Source of the DNA: an uncultured Verrucomicrobiae bacterium
GTDB taxonomy: Bacteria > Verrucomicrobiota > Verrucomicrobiia > Chthoniobacterales > UBA10450
Assembly: GCA_963726745.1 (NCBI GenBank)
Contig: CAVSDR010000004.1
Location: 128,001-192,000, forward strand
Length of the DNA: 64,000 nucleotides
Direction of reading: 5' to 3'
The translations under genes and the position numbers were made by a program. Position 1 is the stretch's first letter. Every line of letters starts with the position of its first letter. A model generated the notes under the pieces. The model did no database searches, was not told the DNA's origin, and saw only the letters and a program-made list of their open reading frames with translations. Shown here one piece after another: positions 30,247-41,171 of the stretch.

Positions 30247-31821
30247 CTAGGCCTTGAGCTCGGCGCCGGAATTAGCGTCGGTGACGGTGAATTTCTCGTG
30301 GTGATAGCTCGGGTCCGCGCGGAACAGGAGCCGGCCAGCGTAGCGACGCTCGAGCTCCACCAGAAGCTCTTCGTCCTCTTCCTTCAAACGCTTGAGCACA
30401 TCGGGATTCAGGATCACCCGAATGTCATGCACGCTGTCCTGATACTTCCGCATCACGGTGTTCAGCGTCCGGTGCAGCTCGACGCTCGTGGTCATGGAGG
30501 TTTTCACCACGCCGCGTCCCTGGCAGTAGGGACAATTCTCGTAGATCGAATCGCTCAAGCTTTCCTGCGCGCGCTGGCGCGTCATTTCCATGAGGCCCAA
30601 GGCTGAGAGCTGGAGCACATGGGTCTTCGCCTTGTCGCGGCGGAGGCGTTCCTTCATCAAATTATAGACCGCCATCTGGTCCTTGCGGCTCTTCATGTCG
30701 ATGAAGTCGCCAATGATGAGGCCGCCGATATTGCGCAGCCGGAGCTGGCGCGCGATCTCGTCGGCTGCTTCGAGATTAGTCTGCAAGATGGTCTTCTCGA
30801 CGTCCCGCCCGCCCTTGTTCCGCCCGGTGTTCACGTCGATCGCGACCAGCGCTTCGGTCTCGTCGATTACGATGTAGCCGCCGCACTTCAGCCAAACCTG
30901 GCGATGGAAGGCGTCGTCAATCTGCTTCTGGATGCCGAAGGTCTCGAAGATCGGCGCGGCGCCGTCGTAGAACTGGATGCGGTTGCGCGCGCGGCGCGAG
31001 ATCTCGCCCACGAGGCTGTTCATCCGCTCGATCGCCGTGCGGTCGTCGCAAACTACTTCGTCGATCTCGTCGGTTAAAAAATCGCGCACGGTGCGCTCGA
31101 CCAGGTCGGGTTCTTCGAAGACGCGGCAAGGCGCGCGCTCGGTCTTCATGGCTTCTTCGACGCGCTGCCAATTTTCCACCAGGAAAGCGAGATCGCGCAC
31201 GAAATAGCGCGCCCGCTGCCCCTCGCCCACGGTGCGAATGATCACACCCACGCCTTCGGGGATCTCGAGCTCGCGCAAAATCTTGCGCAGGCGATCGCGT
31301 TCTTTCGGGTCCTCGATTTTGCGCGAGATGCCGCTGCGATCGCTGTAGGGCATGAAGACGAGATAGCGGCCGGCGAAGCTCAGGTTCGTGGTCACGCGCG
31401 GGCCCTTGGTCCCGATGGGACCCTTGGTTACCTGCACGATTACCTCGGCGCCGACGGGATAAATATTCGGGATATCCTTGGCCGTGATGCGTTTCTTCTG
31501 CCCGCGCTTATTCGGCCGGTCGATCTCCTCGATGTTGCTGTCTAAAGCTGCGGGGATCGCATCCCAGAAGTGGAGAAAAGCATTCTTCTCAAAACCGATG
31601 TCGACGAACATCGCCTTCAACCCCATCTCGATGTTCTTTACGCGTCCCTTATAGACGCTCCCGACGATGTTCCGGGTGCTGTTGCGCTCGACGTTATATT
31701 CTTCGAGGCGGCCGTTCTCCAGGAGCGCCACGCGACGCTCCAGTTTTTCCACGTTGATGATGAGCTTTTTGCCCGTCTTCTTCGCGGAGAGGCCAAGAAT
31801 TCGTTTCACTGTGTCGATCAT
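30247..31821 (-). CDS. rng: Ribonuclease E/G family
   Basis: S1 domain, AIDVNTG, NLEAADEIARQLRLRNIGGLII.DFIDM, CPYC. Confidence 0.93.
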   Translation of the reverse strand: MIDTVKRILGLSAKKTGKKLIINVEKLERRVALLENGRLEEYNVERNSTRNIVGSVYKGRVKNIEMGLKAMFVDIGFEKNAFLHFWDAIPAALDSNIEEIDRPNKRGQKKRITAKDIPNIYPVGAEVIVQVTKGPIGTKGPRVTTNLSFAGRYLVFMPYSDRSGISRKIEDPKERDRLRKILRELEIPEGVGVIIRTVGEGQRARYFVRDLAFLVENWQRVEEAMKTERAPCRVFEEPDLVERTVRDFLTDEIDEVVCDDRTAIERMNSLVGEISRRARNRIQFYDGAAPIFETFGIQKQIDDAFHRQVWLKCGGYIVIDETEALVAIDVNTGRNKGGRDVEKTILQTNLEAADEIARQLRLRNIGGLIIGDFIDMKSRKDQMAVYNLMKERLRRDKAKTHVLQLSALGLMEMTRQRAQESLSDSIYENCPYCQGRGVVKTSMTTSVELHRTLNTVMRKYQDSVHDIRVILNPDVLKRLKEEDEELLVELERRYAGRLLFRADPSYHHEKFTVTDANSGAELKA

Positions 31822-31889
31822 AAGAAAAGGCGATGCGCCACCGGCTGGCCGGGATTCGAAGAAGCTCGAGCGGCATGGCGGCTGGTTGT

Positions 31890-34163
31890 TTAGTTTCTGC
31901 GCGGCTGCGTCCCGGGACGGCGAGCAGGCGGCGGTGGTGGTTGGGCGGGCTGGCGCCCGCCGAAGATTCTCTGGAAGAAATTGGGTTTCGGTGTCGGCTG
32001 CGGCGCGACCACCTGCGGTTTGGTGACCTTCTGGGCGCGCTTGACCACGCGGCCGCGCGCATCGGATTCCGGCTCCACGTCTGGATCGGCCGGCGCAGCG
32101 GCAAGTTGCACGTTGGCGTTGTCGGATTGCTCGAGATTTTCCTCGTCGGTTCCGGGGACGTTCGGCCCGGAATCCTTGAAGTCGACCGCCTCGATCATGG
32201 CAAAAGGATTCGGCTTATTCGCCGGCGCGATCCAGGCGAGCTGCGGATCGTATTTCCCCTCCTCCATCGCGAGCGCGCGCTCAAGGATGCGGGTGGCGAT
32301 GGGCGCCGCGACCGAGCCGCCGTGCGCGCCGCCCTGCACCATGACCGCGATCGCATAACGCGGATTATCGTAGGGCGCGAAGCAGGCGAACCAGGCGATC
32401 GTGTCCTTCTTGCCATCGGTCATCGCCTGGGCGGTGCCGGTTTTGCCGGCAACTTGCACATTTGCGAGCCGCGCTTTCCCGCCGGTGCCGCCTTCTTCGT
32501 TGACGACCTTCCAAAGCCCGCGCCGCGCGATCTCGATCTGGTCGCGCGTAAAATCCGTGCGCAAGTCGCCGTGTAATTTCGGCTCGCGCGAGATCACCGG
32601 CTGGCCCTTGTCATCCACGATCGACTTGCCGTTGGCATCGACCACGTCCTTGACCAGCCGCGGGTAATACGAGACGCCGCCGTTCGCGACCGTGGCGTAG
32701 ACCATCGCGAGCTGCAGCGGACTCACGAGATCAAAGCCCTGACCGATGGAGACGTTCGCGGTATACGCCGAAGTCCATTTTTCGCGCGGGTAATTGATCC
32801 GCATCCACTCCGGGCCAGGAAGCACACCCGGTTGCTCCCCGGTTACCTCGAGCCCGGAGCCTTTGCCAAGGCCAAGCGTCTCGCCGGTCTCATCGATCGC
32901 GTTGATCCCGGCAGCGTTACCGAACTGATAGAAGAACGCATTGCAGGAAACCTTGATCGCATCCGAAAGGCCGAGGGTGCCATGCGCGCCGCCTTTCTCC
33001 GCGATCCAACATTTAAAGTAGTGGTCTCCATAGCTCACGCCGCCGGAGCAATTGAAGCGCTGGTTAGCCAACCCTTTGCGCAGGCCGGCAAGCGCGGTCA
33101 CGAGCTTAAAGGTCGAGCCTGGAGGAAAGGCGCTGATCGCGCGATTGATCAACGGGTTCGCCTCGTTTTGGCGCAGCGCTTCCCAGTCTTTCGCCTTGAT
33201 GCTGGGGATGAAAGTATTTGGGTCGAACGACGGCACCGAAGCCATCGCGAGGATGTTGCCGTTGTTTGGATCGACCACGACCGCGGCCGCGCGACCAACG
33301 GAACGGAGCGCCTCCTCGGTGATCGCCTGCAGGCGCGCGTCGAGGGTGAGGACAACGTTGTCGCCCGCTTGCGGTGGCTCTTCGCGAATCACGCCATCGA
33401 TCACGCCCTTGGCATTGCGCCGGAGATAACGCACCCCGGGCTTGCCGCGCAGGTAATCATCCATCGCCTTCTCGACGTTCGATTTTCCCTCCACGTCGCC
33501 TTGGTAGAAGGTGTATTTGCGCGCTTCCTCTTTGTTCGTGTCGTCGGGCGCGCCGACGTAGCCGAGGATGTGCGCCGCGAGTGCGCCGTAGACGTAGGAA
33601 CGCACCGGCTTGATCGCGATATCCACGCCCGGCAGGCCAACGTCGTGCTCGCTAAATTTAGCCATCGTCTCGAAGTCGATGTCCTTGAGATACGAGAACG
33701 GCACCTCGGTGTTCGTCCGGTAATGCTTCTGCAGGCGGTTGGCGTTGTAGTCGCGCGCCAGGTCGAGATCATCCAGCCGCGGAACGACACCATCATTCAC
33801 AATCTTGACGATGTCGGCCTCCTTCAGGTCCTTCGGCATGTTGTTGATCGTGGCGCGATACTCCGTAAGCGGCGGCGCCCCGAAACGTTGGCGGTATCCC
33901 TTGACCATCTCCGGCAGGTAGAAATCGACTTCGTAGCTCGCGCGGTTCTGCACCAGGGCGATGCCGTTGCGATCGCGAATCTCCCCGCGGATCGACGGAA
34001 TGCGCACCGTGGCCTCGGAGCTGCCGCGAATTTTCGAGGTCCACTCGGGCCCGTGCGCCACTTGCACCAGCCAAAGTTTACCCAGCACCGCGCCCAGGCC
34101 GAGGAGCATGAGCACACCGAGAATCTGGATGCGCAGGCGATGGCTGAGGCGGCGGCTTTTCAT
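31890..34163 (-). CDS. mrdA: Penicillin-binding protein 2
   Basis: RGEIRDRNG, PPGSTFK, SCN, KTGTAQ. Confidence 0.93.
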   Translation of the reverse strand: MKSRRLSHRLRIQILGVLMLLGLGAVLGKLWLVQVAHGPEWTSKIRGSSEATVRIPSIRGEIRDRNGIALVQNRASYEVDFYLPEMVKGYRQRFGAPPLTEYRATINNMPKDLKEADIVKIVNDGVVPRLDDLDLARDYNANRLQKHYRTNTEVPFSYLKDIDFETMAKFSEHDVGLPGVDIAIKPVRSYVYGALAAHILGYVGAPDDTNKEEARKYTFYQGDVEGKSNVEKAMDDYLRGKPGVRYLRRNAKGVIDGVIREEPPQAGDNVVLTLDARLQAITEEALRSVGRAAAVVVDPNNGNILAMASVPSFDPNTFIPSIKAKDWEALRQNEANPLINRAISAFPPGSTFKLVTALAGLRKGLANQRFNCSGGVSYGDHYFKCWIAEKGGAHGTLGLSDAIKVSCNAFFYQFGNAAGINAIDETGETLGLGKGSGLEVTGEQPGVLPGPEWMRINYPREKWTSAYTANVSIGQGFDLVSPLQLAMVYATVANGGVSYYPRLVKDVVDANGKSIVDDKGQPVISREPKLHGDLRTDFTRDQIEIARRGLWKVVNEEGGTGGKARLANVQVAGKTGTAQAMTDGKKDTIAWFACFAPYDNPRYAIAVMVQGGAHGGSVAAPIATRILERALAMEEGKYDPQLAWIAPANKPNPFAMIEAVDFKDSGPNVPGTDEENLEQSDNANVQLAAAPADPDVEPESDARGRVVKRAQKVTKPQVVAPQPTPKPNFFQRIFGGRQPAQPPPPPARRPGTQPRRN

Positions 34164-34166
34164 AGG

Positions 34167-34706
34167 TCAATAGCTCTCACGCGATGGGAGATAGGGATTG
34201 CCGGTGGCCTCGCCAATGGTGTGCAAAAGCCAGAAAAGAAGCGGCGCCATGATCATCGCGAGCACGCCCGGCCCGCCGATCTGCCACCACGCCTCCGGCG
34301 TGAAGACAATCGAGCCGCGGCGGAAAGTGATCATGAGATATTGCGAGAGAAGAATGAGGGAAGTGCAAACGCCACTCATGATGCAATGAATCTCCCACCG
34401 CCCCCGAATGAACAACGGCCGAAGGCCATGCATAATGGACGCCAGCACGGCGTAGACGATTATTGACCATCCCAGCGCAATTTCAACCTTCGGCCCCACT
34501 ACCTGCATGGTGAGCGCATCGAGCAAGAGCCCGGCGAAGAACGCCAGCCCGAGCACCAGCGGGAAAGGCAGCGCCATGGCGCCGTAGAAAACTACGATCG
34601 GCACCAGATAGATGTGCGCATTGTACATCCACTCCAGCGGCGGCAGGAAAAGCTCGATGATCTGCGCCACGAAGACGAGCACGAGCAGGATGCCGAAGAA
34701 GATCAT
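34167..34706 (-). CDS. mreD: Rod shape protein MreD
   Basis: Polytopic membrane protein (AFFAGLLLD) between mreC and mrdA. Confidence 0.8.
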   Translation of the reverse strand: MIFFGILLVLVFVAQIIELFLPPLEWMYNAHIYLVPIVVFYGAMALPFPLVLGLAFFAGLLLDALTMQVVGPKVEIALGWSIIVYAVLASIMHGLRPLFIRGRWEIHCIMSGVCTSLILLSQYLMITFRRGSIVFTPEAWWQIGGPGVLAMIMAPLLFWLLHTIGEATGNPYLPSRESY

Positions 34707-35506
34707 TTTTGCCCGGTGATCACGAAGACATCCTGAAGCTTGGCGAGATCAACCGCCGGATTGAGATGCGCTTGCCCGTCCAGTTCGCGCACCTTGTAGT
34801 CCTTGATCACGCCCACGAGCAGGCCCGAGGGAAAAACGCCGCCCACGCCCGAGGTGTAAACCTTCTGGCCGGGCTGGAGATTGGCCTGCTTCGAGAGAAA
34901 ATTCAGGTCGAGCAGTGGCGTCAATGCGCCGGCTACGCGCTCGCCGGCCACGATCCCCTGCTCGCGCGTGCCCTCGACTTTCGCAGCCACGCGGCAGTTC
35001 TCGTCCGAGACCAAAATAACCACCGAGATGTTGTCGCTCACCGTGGTCGTCTTGCCGACTAAACCTTCCTCGGTTACCACCGGCATGTCGGTTTGGATGC
35101 CGTCATCCTTGCCGCGATTGATCGTCACGGTGCGCCACCAGGTCGAAGTGTCGCGGGTCACGATCTCCGCGGGCACGAGCTTGAAGACCGAGCGCTCGCG
35201 ATAGCTCAAGGCCATGCGCAGCCGATTCACTTCCAATTCCACGTCGCGCAGTGCCTGGTTGGTCGCTTTGAGCGCGCGATTTTCCACCCGCAGGGTGCCG
35301 TTCTCGCGTTCCAACTCCTCGAGCGACTTCAATCCTTTTCGCATCGCCGTGATCTGTTGCTCAAGGCCCGATCCCGTCGTCAAAAACGGCGAGATCACCT
35401 TGTAAAAGGCAGACTGCAGATTGCGCGTGCCTTCCGGTCCGAAGCTCAGGAAATAAGCCAGGACCGCCGCGAGCACGAGCAACGCGATGATGCTCGAGCG
35501 ATTCAT
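34703..35506 (-). CDS. mreC: Rod shape protein MreC
   Basis: TM + coiled coil, INRGKDDGI, TSGVGGVFPSGL. Confidence 0.93.
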   Translation of the reverse strand: MNRSSIIALLVLAAVLAYFLSFGPEGTRNLQSAFYKVISPFLTTGSGLEQQITAMRKGLKSLEELERENGTLRVENRALKATNQALRDVELEVNRLRMALSYRERSVFKLVPAEIVTRDTSTWWRTVTINRGKDDGIQTDMPVVTEEGLVGKTTTVSDNISVVILVSDENCRVAAKVEGTREQGIVAGERVAGALTPLLDLNFLSKQANLQPGQKVYTSGVGGVFPSGLLVGVIKDYKVRELDGQAHLNPAVDLAKLQDVFVITGQK

Positions 35507-35524
35507 CGGAACCGCCGGCTCCTG

Positions 35525-36562
35525 CTATCGCCAGGAGCGATCAGCAGAAGCGACTTGGCGTAAAAATTTAAGTTCATTGAGGCACTTGCCCGTCCCTTCC
35601 GCCACGGCGCTTAGCGGATCTTCGGCCACATGGACAGGCAAGCCCGTCTCTTCGCTCAAAAGTTTATCGAATCCGCGGAGCAACGCGCCGCCACCCGCGA
35701 GCACCAGCCCGCGATCGACCAAATCAGCCGACAATTCCGGCGGGCAACGCTCGAGCGTAATGCGCACCGAATCCACAATCGTCGAGATCGGCTCGAGCAA
35801 CGCTTCGCGCACCTCCTGCGACGTAATCATGAGCGTCTTCGGCAATCCAGCCACGAGGTCGCGGCCCTTTACTTCCACGCTCGTTTCTTTCTCGCTCGGA
35901 TAGGCGCTGCCAATCTTGATCTTGATCTCTTCCGCCGTGCGCTCGCCGATCATCAAATTGTAAGCGCGCTTCATGTACTGCACGATCGCCTCGTCCAGTT
36001 CATCGCCGGCCACACGCACGCTTCGGCTAAAGACAATGCCCGAGAGCGAGATCAACGCGACCTCGGTCGTCCCGCCGCCGATGTCGATGATCATGTTGCC
36101 CGCAGGATCCTGCACCGGCAGGCCCACGCCGATCGCGGCCGCCATCGGCTCTTCGATCAGGTAAACTTCGCGCGCCCCGGCATGCGTGGCCGATTCGCGC
36201 ACCGCGCGCTTCTCCACCTCAGTGATGCCGGAAGGAACCGCGATCACCACCCGGGGCCGTGCGCGCACCCGGCGGCTGTGCACCTTGGTAATGAAGTGCC
36301 GCAGCATTGCCTCGGTCACCTCGAAGTCTGCGATCACGCCGTCTTTCAACGGGCGCACCGCCACAATGTTGGAAGGCGTGCGGCCGAGCATGCGCTTGGC
36401 CTCGTCGCCCACAGCCAGCACTTTGTTCGTGCCGGCCTGCACCGCCACCACCGAAGGCTCGCGCAGGACAATGCCCTGGTCCTTGACGTAGACGAGCGTG
36501 TTGGCCGTGCCGAGATCGATCCCGATGTCGCTGGAGAGCCAGCCGAAGATTCCGTTGAACAT
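35525..36562 (-). CDS. mreB: Actin-like MreB
   Basis: [33 protein letters not shown]. Confidence 0.98.
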   Translation of the reverse strand: MFNGIFGWLSSDIGIDLGTANTLVYVKDQGIVLREPSVVAVQAGTNKVLAVGDEAKRMLGRTPSNIVAVRPLKDGVIADFEVTEAMLRHFITKVHSRRVRARPRVVIAVPSGITEVEKRAVRESATHAGAREVYLIEEPMAAAIGVGLPVQDPAGNMIIDIGGGTTEVALISLSGIVFSRSVRVAGDELDEAIVQYMKRAYNLMIGERTAEEIKIKIGSAYPSEKETSVEVKGRDLVAGLPKTLMITSQEVREALLEPISTIVDSVRITLERCPPELSADLVDRGLVLAGGGALLRGFDKLLSEETGLPVHVAEDPLSAVAEGTGKCLNELKFLRQVASADRSWR

Positions 36563-36862
36563 GAATTAGAGTGAAATAAGTCGCCGCCGCGCGCCCGTTC
36601 TGTCGTCGGCACGCGGCCCTTGGCTTTTCAACTCAGCAGCGCTGGCGCTGCGAGCGCGGTGACGATCGGCGGAAACGCAGAGTATCTAGGAAGAGAGCTT
36701 CGTATCGTCAAGGGAAAGCTGGTGATGCGTCGCGGGAAGGGCAAGTTTTCGCCCCACGTCGCGTCCGATCTTCGTCGCCCCTTCCATCTTCGTCGCTGGT
36801 TGCGAGATTTAGCCAGCGAGATCACCGTCGACGCGCCCCGGAAATCCTGCTGAAAGGAGTGG

Positions 36863-38716
36863 GTGCGCACGATTCTTCGATTTCTCGCCGCGGTTCTGGC
36901 CTTCGCTCTCTCCGTCCAAGCCGAAACCACGCCGCCCGCGATCTCGCCTTCTCTCATCCTCCCACCCGCGCAACCGTGGAACGGCCAAAGCCGCGCGCTC
37001 GTGGTCCCGAAGGACGATCCGTGGATCACGCCGTCTGAGCGCGGCGACCTGAAGACTTCCCCCTCCTACGACGAAACCGTCGCCTGGCTGCAAAAGCTGG
37101 TCGCGGCCGCGCCGAACCTTTCCCTGCTTTCGCTCGGCAAATCGCCGGAAGGCCGCGACCTTTGGCTCGTCATCGCGGCGAAGGATAAAGTCTCCAAGCC
37201 CGAGGAGCTGCAGCGAAACGGCAAACCGACCGTCTTCGCCCAGGCCGGCATTCACGCCGGCGAGATCGATGGGAAGGATGCTGGCATGATGTTGCTGCGT
37301 GACCTGACCGTGCGCGGCACGAAGAAGGAACTGCTCGAGAATGCGAATTTCCTTTTCGTCCCGATCTTCAACGTCGATGGCCACGAGCGCGCCTCGCGCT
37401 TTAACCGCATCAATCAGCGCGGGCCCGAAGTCATGGGCTGGCGCACCAATTCCCAAAACCTGAATCTGAATCGCGACTACGCGAAGGTCGACACCGCCGA
37501 AATGACCGCGATGATCGGCGCGCTCCACCGCTGGTCGCCGGATCTGTATCTCGACCTCCACGTTACCGACGGCTCCGACCATCAATACGATGTCACCTTT
37601 GGCGGGAACGGCACGGACGCGAACGGCTCTTCGCCCGCAGGCGCGAAATGGCTGAACGAAGTGCTCCTGCCCGGCCTAACGAGTGCATTGCAAGCGCAAG
37701 GGCACATCCCTGGTCCGCTCGATGTCGCGAACCGCGCGGATCCTTACGATCTCACGAAAGGCCTGCGTGGGAGCCCGGGCGAGCCGCGTTACTCCACTGG
37801 TTATGGCGACACGCGGCACCTTCCGACAATCCTGGTCGAGAACCATTCGCTCAAGCCTTACGACCAGCGCGTCCTCGGGATGTATGTCCTGCTTGAGAAT
37901 ACCCTCCGCATCGCAGGCCAGCGTGGTGCCGAGCTGCGCACGGCGATCAAGGCCGATCAGACGCGCAATGCCAAGGCGGTCCCGCTCGTTTTCGGACCGA
38001 ATCCGGAACCGGGCCCGACCCCGATCGCCTATAAGGGAATCGAAGCGCGCGTCGCGCCTTCCGCGATTTCTGGCGCACTCCGGGTGGAATACACCGGCAA
38101 GCCGATCACGGTCACGATCCCGCATCAGTTCGACAACAAAGCGGTCGTCTCGGTCACGCGTCCAAAGGCTTACTGGATCCCGCCAGCCTGGAACGAGGTA
38201 ATCGCCCGCCTTCGCATCCACGGGATCGCGATGGAAACACTGAGCGCCCCGCGCGAGGTCAAAGTCGAGATGTATCGGACCGCGGACGAGAAGTTCGACG
38301 CGAAACCGTTCGAAGGCCACATGCGCGTCCAGGCCGCGACCAAGACCGAGACCCGAACCGAAAAATATCCGGCCGGTTCAGTGCGCGTGCCGGCCGATCA
38401 ACCGCTTGGCGATCTCGTGGTCCAGCTGCTCGAACCCGCCGGACCGGATTCGTTTTTCCAGTGGGGCTTCTTCGATCAAATCTTCCAGCAGACGGAATAC
38501 TTCGAGCCGTATGTGGTCGAGCCGATGGCGGCGCAGATGATGAAAGACGATCCAAAGCTGGCGGCGGAGTTCGAGGCCAAGCTGGCGAGCGACGAAGCCT
38601 TCCGCGCCTCCGCGCAAAGCCGGCTGCGCTGGTTTTACGAGCGCACGCCTTATTTCGATGAGCGCTGGCGCTTGTATCCGGTCGGGCGCGAGATGGCGGG
38701 CAGCGAAACGAAGTAG
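36863..38716 (+). CDS. Secreted M14 zinc carboxypeptidase
   Basis: Signal peptide; GIHAGEIDG, NLNRDY, DLHVTDG. Confidence 0.9.
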   Translation: MRTILRFLAAVLAFALSVQAETTPPAISPSLILPPAQPWNGQSRALVVPKDDPWITPSERGDLKTSPSYDETVAWLQKLVAAAPNLSLLSLGKSPEGRDLWLVIAAKDKVSKPEELQRNGKPTVFAQAGIHAGEIDGKDAGMMLLRDLTVRGTKKELLENANFLFVPIFNVDGHERASRFNRINQRGPEVMGWRTNSQNLNLNRDYAKVDTAEMTAMIGALHRWSPDLYLDLHVTDGSDHQYDVTFGGNGTDANGSSPAGAKWLNEVLLPGLTSALQAQGHIPGPLDVANRADPYDLTKGLRGSPGEPRYSTGYGDTRHLPTILVENHSLKPYDQRVLGMYVLLENTLRIAGQRGAELRTAIKADQTRNAKAVPLVFGPNPEPGPTPIAYKGIEARVAPSAISGALRVEYTGKPITVTIPHQFDNKAVVSVTRPKAYWIPPAWNEVIARLRIHGIAMETLSAPREVKVEMYRTADEKFDAKPFEGHMRVQAATKTETRTEKYPAGSVRVPADQPLGDLVVQLLEPAGPDSFFQWGFFDQIFQQTEYFEPYVVEPMAAQMMKDDPKLAAEFEAKLASDEAFRASAQSRLRWFYERTPYFDERWRLYPVGREMAGSETK

Positions 38717-38765
38717 CGCGCTTCGACGTTGAACCGCGGAGGCGTCGCATGGAATCTTCCCGCAC

Positions 38766-39432
38766 ATGACCACGCCCGTCCTGATCGCGCCTTCCATTCT
38801 CGCGGCGGATTTTTCGCGGCTCGGCGAAGAGATCCGCGCGGTCGAAGCGGCCGGCGCGGACTGGATTCACTGCGACATCATGGACGGGCATTTTGTCGAC
38901 AACATCTCGTTCGGTCCGGCCCTCGTGAAGACGGTTCGCGGCCTAACGAAGCTGCCGCTCGATGTCCATCTCATGATCGAGCACGCCGACCATTATCTGC
39001 CGCGCTTCCTCGAGGCCGGCGCGAACTCGATCACGGTCCACGTCGAGCCGGAGGCGCACCATGATGTCGGCAAAACCTTGGCCGCGATTCGCGCCGGCGG
39101 CTGCCGCGCAGGGCTGACGCTCAATCCGGCGACGCCCTTTGAAGCCCTCGAGCCGCATCTCGCTTCGATTGATCTGCTGCTGGTCATGACGGTGCACCCC
39201 GGTTTCGGCGGGCAATCCTTCCGCGAAGATCAGATGGCAAAACTGCAGCGCGCCAGTTGCCTGGCGCGCAGAACACGGAGCGAATTTCGATCTCGAAGTC
39301 GACGGCGGGATTACCGCCGAAACCGCCCCGGTCGCTTTGCAGCACGGCGCCAATGTGCTGGTTGCCGGGACCTCGATCTTTAAAAGCCCGGATTACGCCG
39401 AGGCGATCGCAGCCCTGCGTTCCACTCGTTAG
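38766..39432 (+). CDS. rpe: Ribulose-phosphate 3-epimerase (frameshift near 39260)
   Basis: IAPSILAADF, HCDIMDGHFV, MTVHPGFGGQ; the C-terminal LEVDGGI...LVAGTSIF is in another frame ending at TAG 39432. Confidence 0.92.
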
Positions 39433-41171
39433 GCGACAGCCGGCGCGCTTTCGAGCGAAGTCTCGGCAATGACTTCGTCGTTCTGCGTTACGCGCACCAC
39501 TTCCTCGACCGTCGTCCGCCCCTGGCCCACGCGGCGCCAGCCGTCCTGCCGGAGCGTCTCCATTCCCTGTGAAACTGCTGCCTGTTTTAGCTCGCCGCCG
39601 TCGCGCCGGCCTACAATCAAGCGACGCATCGCTTCGTTGATGATGCAGATTTCGTAGATCGCCATGCGGCCTTGGTAGCCAGTTTGCCGGCAATTATCGC
39701 AGCCCTGCCCGCGCATGAACTGCGTCCCCATTTCATCCACCGGGAAGCTGATCTCGTGCAGGTACTCGCGCGGATACTCGACCAGTTGCGAGCAATCCGG
39801 GCAAACCGTGCGCACGAGCCGCTGCGCCAGAAACGCGCGCACGGTCGAGGCGAGGAGGAATTGCTCGACGCCCATGTCGAGCAGGCGCGTGATCCCGCCG
39901 ACGGCGTCGTTCGTGTGCAGCGTGCTGAACACCAAGTGACCGGTCATGGCCGCGCGGATCGCGATCTCCGCGGTCTCGAAGTCGCGAATTTCGCCGACCA
40001 TGATCACGTTCGGATCCTGGCGGAGAATGTGGCGCAAGCCCTTGGCAAAGGTCAGGTCGATCTCCGGTTTGACGTCAATTTGGGAAACGCCGGGCAGCCG
40101 ATATTCCACCGGTTCCTCGATCGTGATGATCCGGCGCTGGACCGAGTTGATGCTCGAGAGGAAACAGTAAAGCGAAGTCGATTTGCCCGAGCCGGTCGGC
40201 CCGGTCACGAGCACGATGCCGTTCGGCTGCTCGAGGAGCGATTGGACGATGCGCGAATGCTTCGCGCTCAAGTCGAGCCGCTCGAAACCGAAAGTCGCGT
40301 TCTGCTGGTCGCGGCTCAGCAGACGCAGCGAGATCGATTCGCCGTTGACCGTCGGAATGGTCGAGACGCGCACGTCGATGTTCGCGCCGCTCGATTGCAA
40401 ATTGATCCGGCCATCCTGCGGCAGGCGGCGCTCGGCGATGTCCATGTGCGCCATGACTTTCAGGCGTGAGATGATGGCCGATTGCAGGAGGCGCAACTGC
40501 GGCGGGACCGCGACCTCATGCAGGATGCCATCGATGCGATAGCGAATCCGCAGGTCGCCCTCGAGCGGCTCCACGTGGATGTCGGTTGCGCGTTCCACGA
40601 TCGCTTCGCGGATGATCTGGTTGACGAACTTGACCACCGACGCCTCGGGATCGTCGGCGTTCAGATCCATCGCCAGCTCGGTGTCCTGCAGGCCTTCGAA
40701 CGAGCGGTTGGTCTTCAGGATTTCGTCGAACGTTTCCGCACCGACGCCGTAAACCGTTTTCATCACGCGCAAGATCTGCACGCGTGAGACCAGGACCCAC
40801 TCGACCGGCCGCTTCAGGAGCTGCGAAGCGAGCTGGCGGCCGACGGAGTTGAAGAGATCGTAGGTCGCGAGCACGACCGCGTTTTCCTTCACCTCCAGCG
40901 GCAGGATGTGGTGCTGGAAGACGAAGCGACTGGGTAAAAGCGAGAGCGTCTGGCGATCGATGCTCTTGGCGTCGATCGAGCGCATTGGAACGTCGAAGTA
41001 GTTCCCGATCGCCTGGAGGAAACGCGTTTCGTCGACTTTTCCGGAGTCGAGCACCTGCGCGGTCCAGGAGCCGCCGTTCAGGTTCGACGCCAGCGCGGCC
41101 GCTTCCTCATGCGAGGACACGCCGGCCGCGAGCAGCAGCTCGATTAATGACTGCCCGACGGCGGCGTTCAT
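39429..41171 (-). CDS. gspE: Type II secretion / type IV pilus ATPase GspE/PilB
   Basis: ATDIHVEP, GPTGSGKST, LRQDPNVIMVGEIRD, TGHLVFSTLHTND, Cys tetrad. Confidence 0.92.
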   Translation of the reverse strand: MNAAVGQSLIELLLAAGVSSHEEAAALASNLNGGSWTAQVLDSGKVDETRFLQAIGNYFDVPMRSIDAKSIDRQTLSLLPSRFVFQHHILPLEVKENAVVLATYDLFNSVGRQLASQLLKRPVEWVLVSRVQILRVMKTVYGVGAETFDEILKTNRSFEGLQDTELAMDLNADDPEASVVKFVNQIIREAIVERATDIHVEPLEGDLRIRYRIDGILHEVAVPPQLRLLQSAIISRLKVMAHMDIAERRLPQDGRINLQSSGANIDVRVSTIPTVNGESISLRLLSRDQQNATFGFERLDLSAKHSRIVQSLLEQPNGIVLVTGPTGSGKSTSLYCFLSSINSVQRRIITIEEPVEYRLPGVSQIDVKPEIDLTFAKGLRHILRQDPNVIMVGEIRDFETAEIAIRAAMTGHLVFSTLHTNDAVGGITRLLDMGVEQFLLASTVRAFLAQRLVRTVCPDCSQLVEYPREYLHEISFPVDEMGTQFMRGQGCDNCRQTGYQGRMAIYEICIINEAMRRLIVGRRDGGELKQAAVSQGMETLRQDGWRRVGQGRTTVEEVVRVTQNDEVIAETSLESAPAVA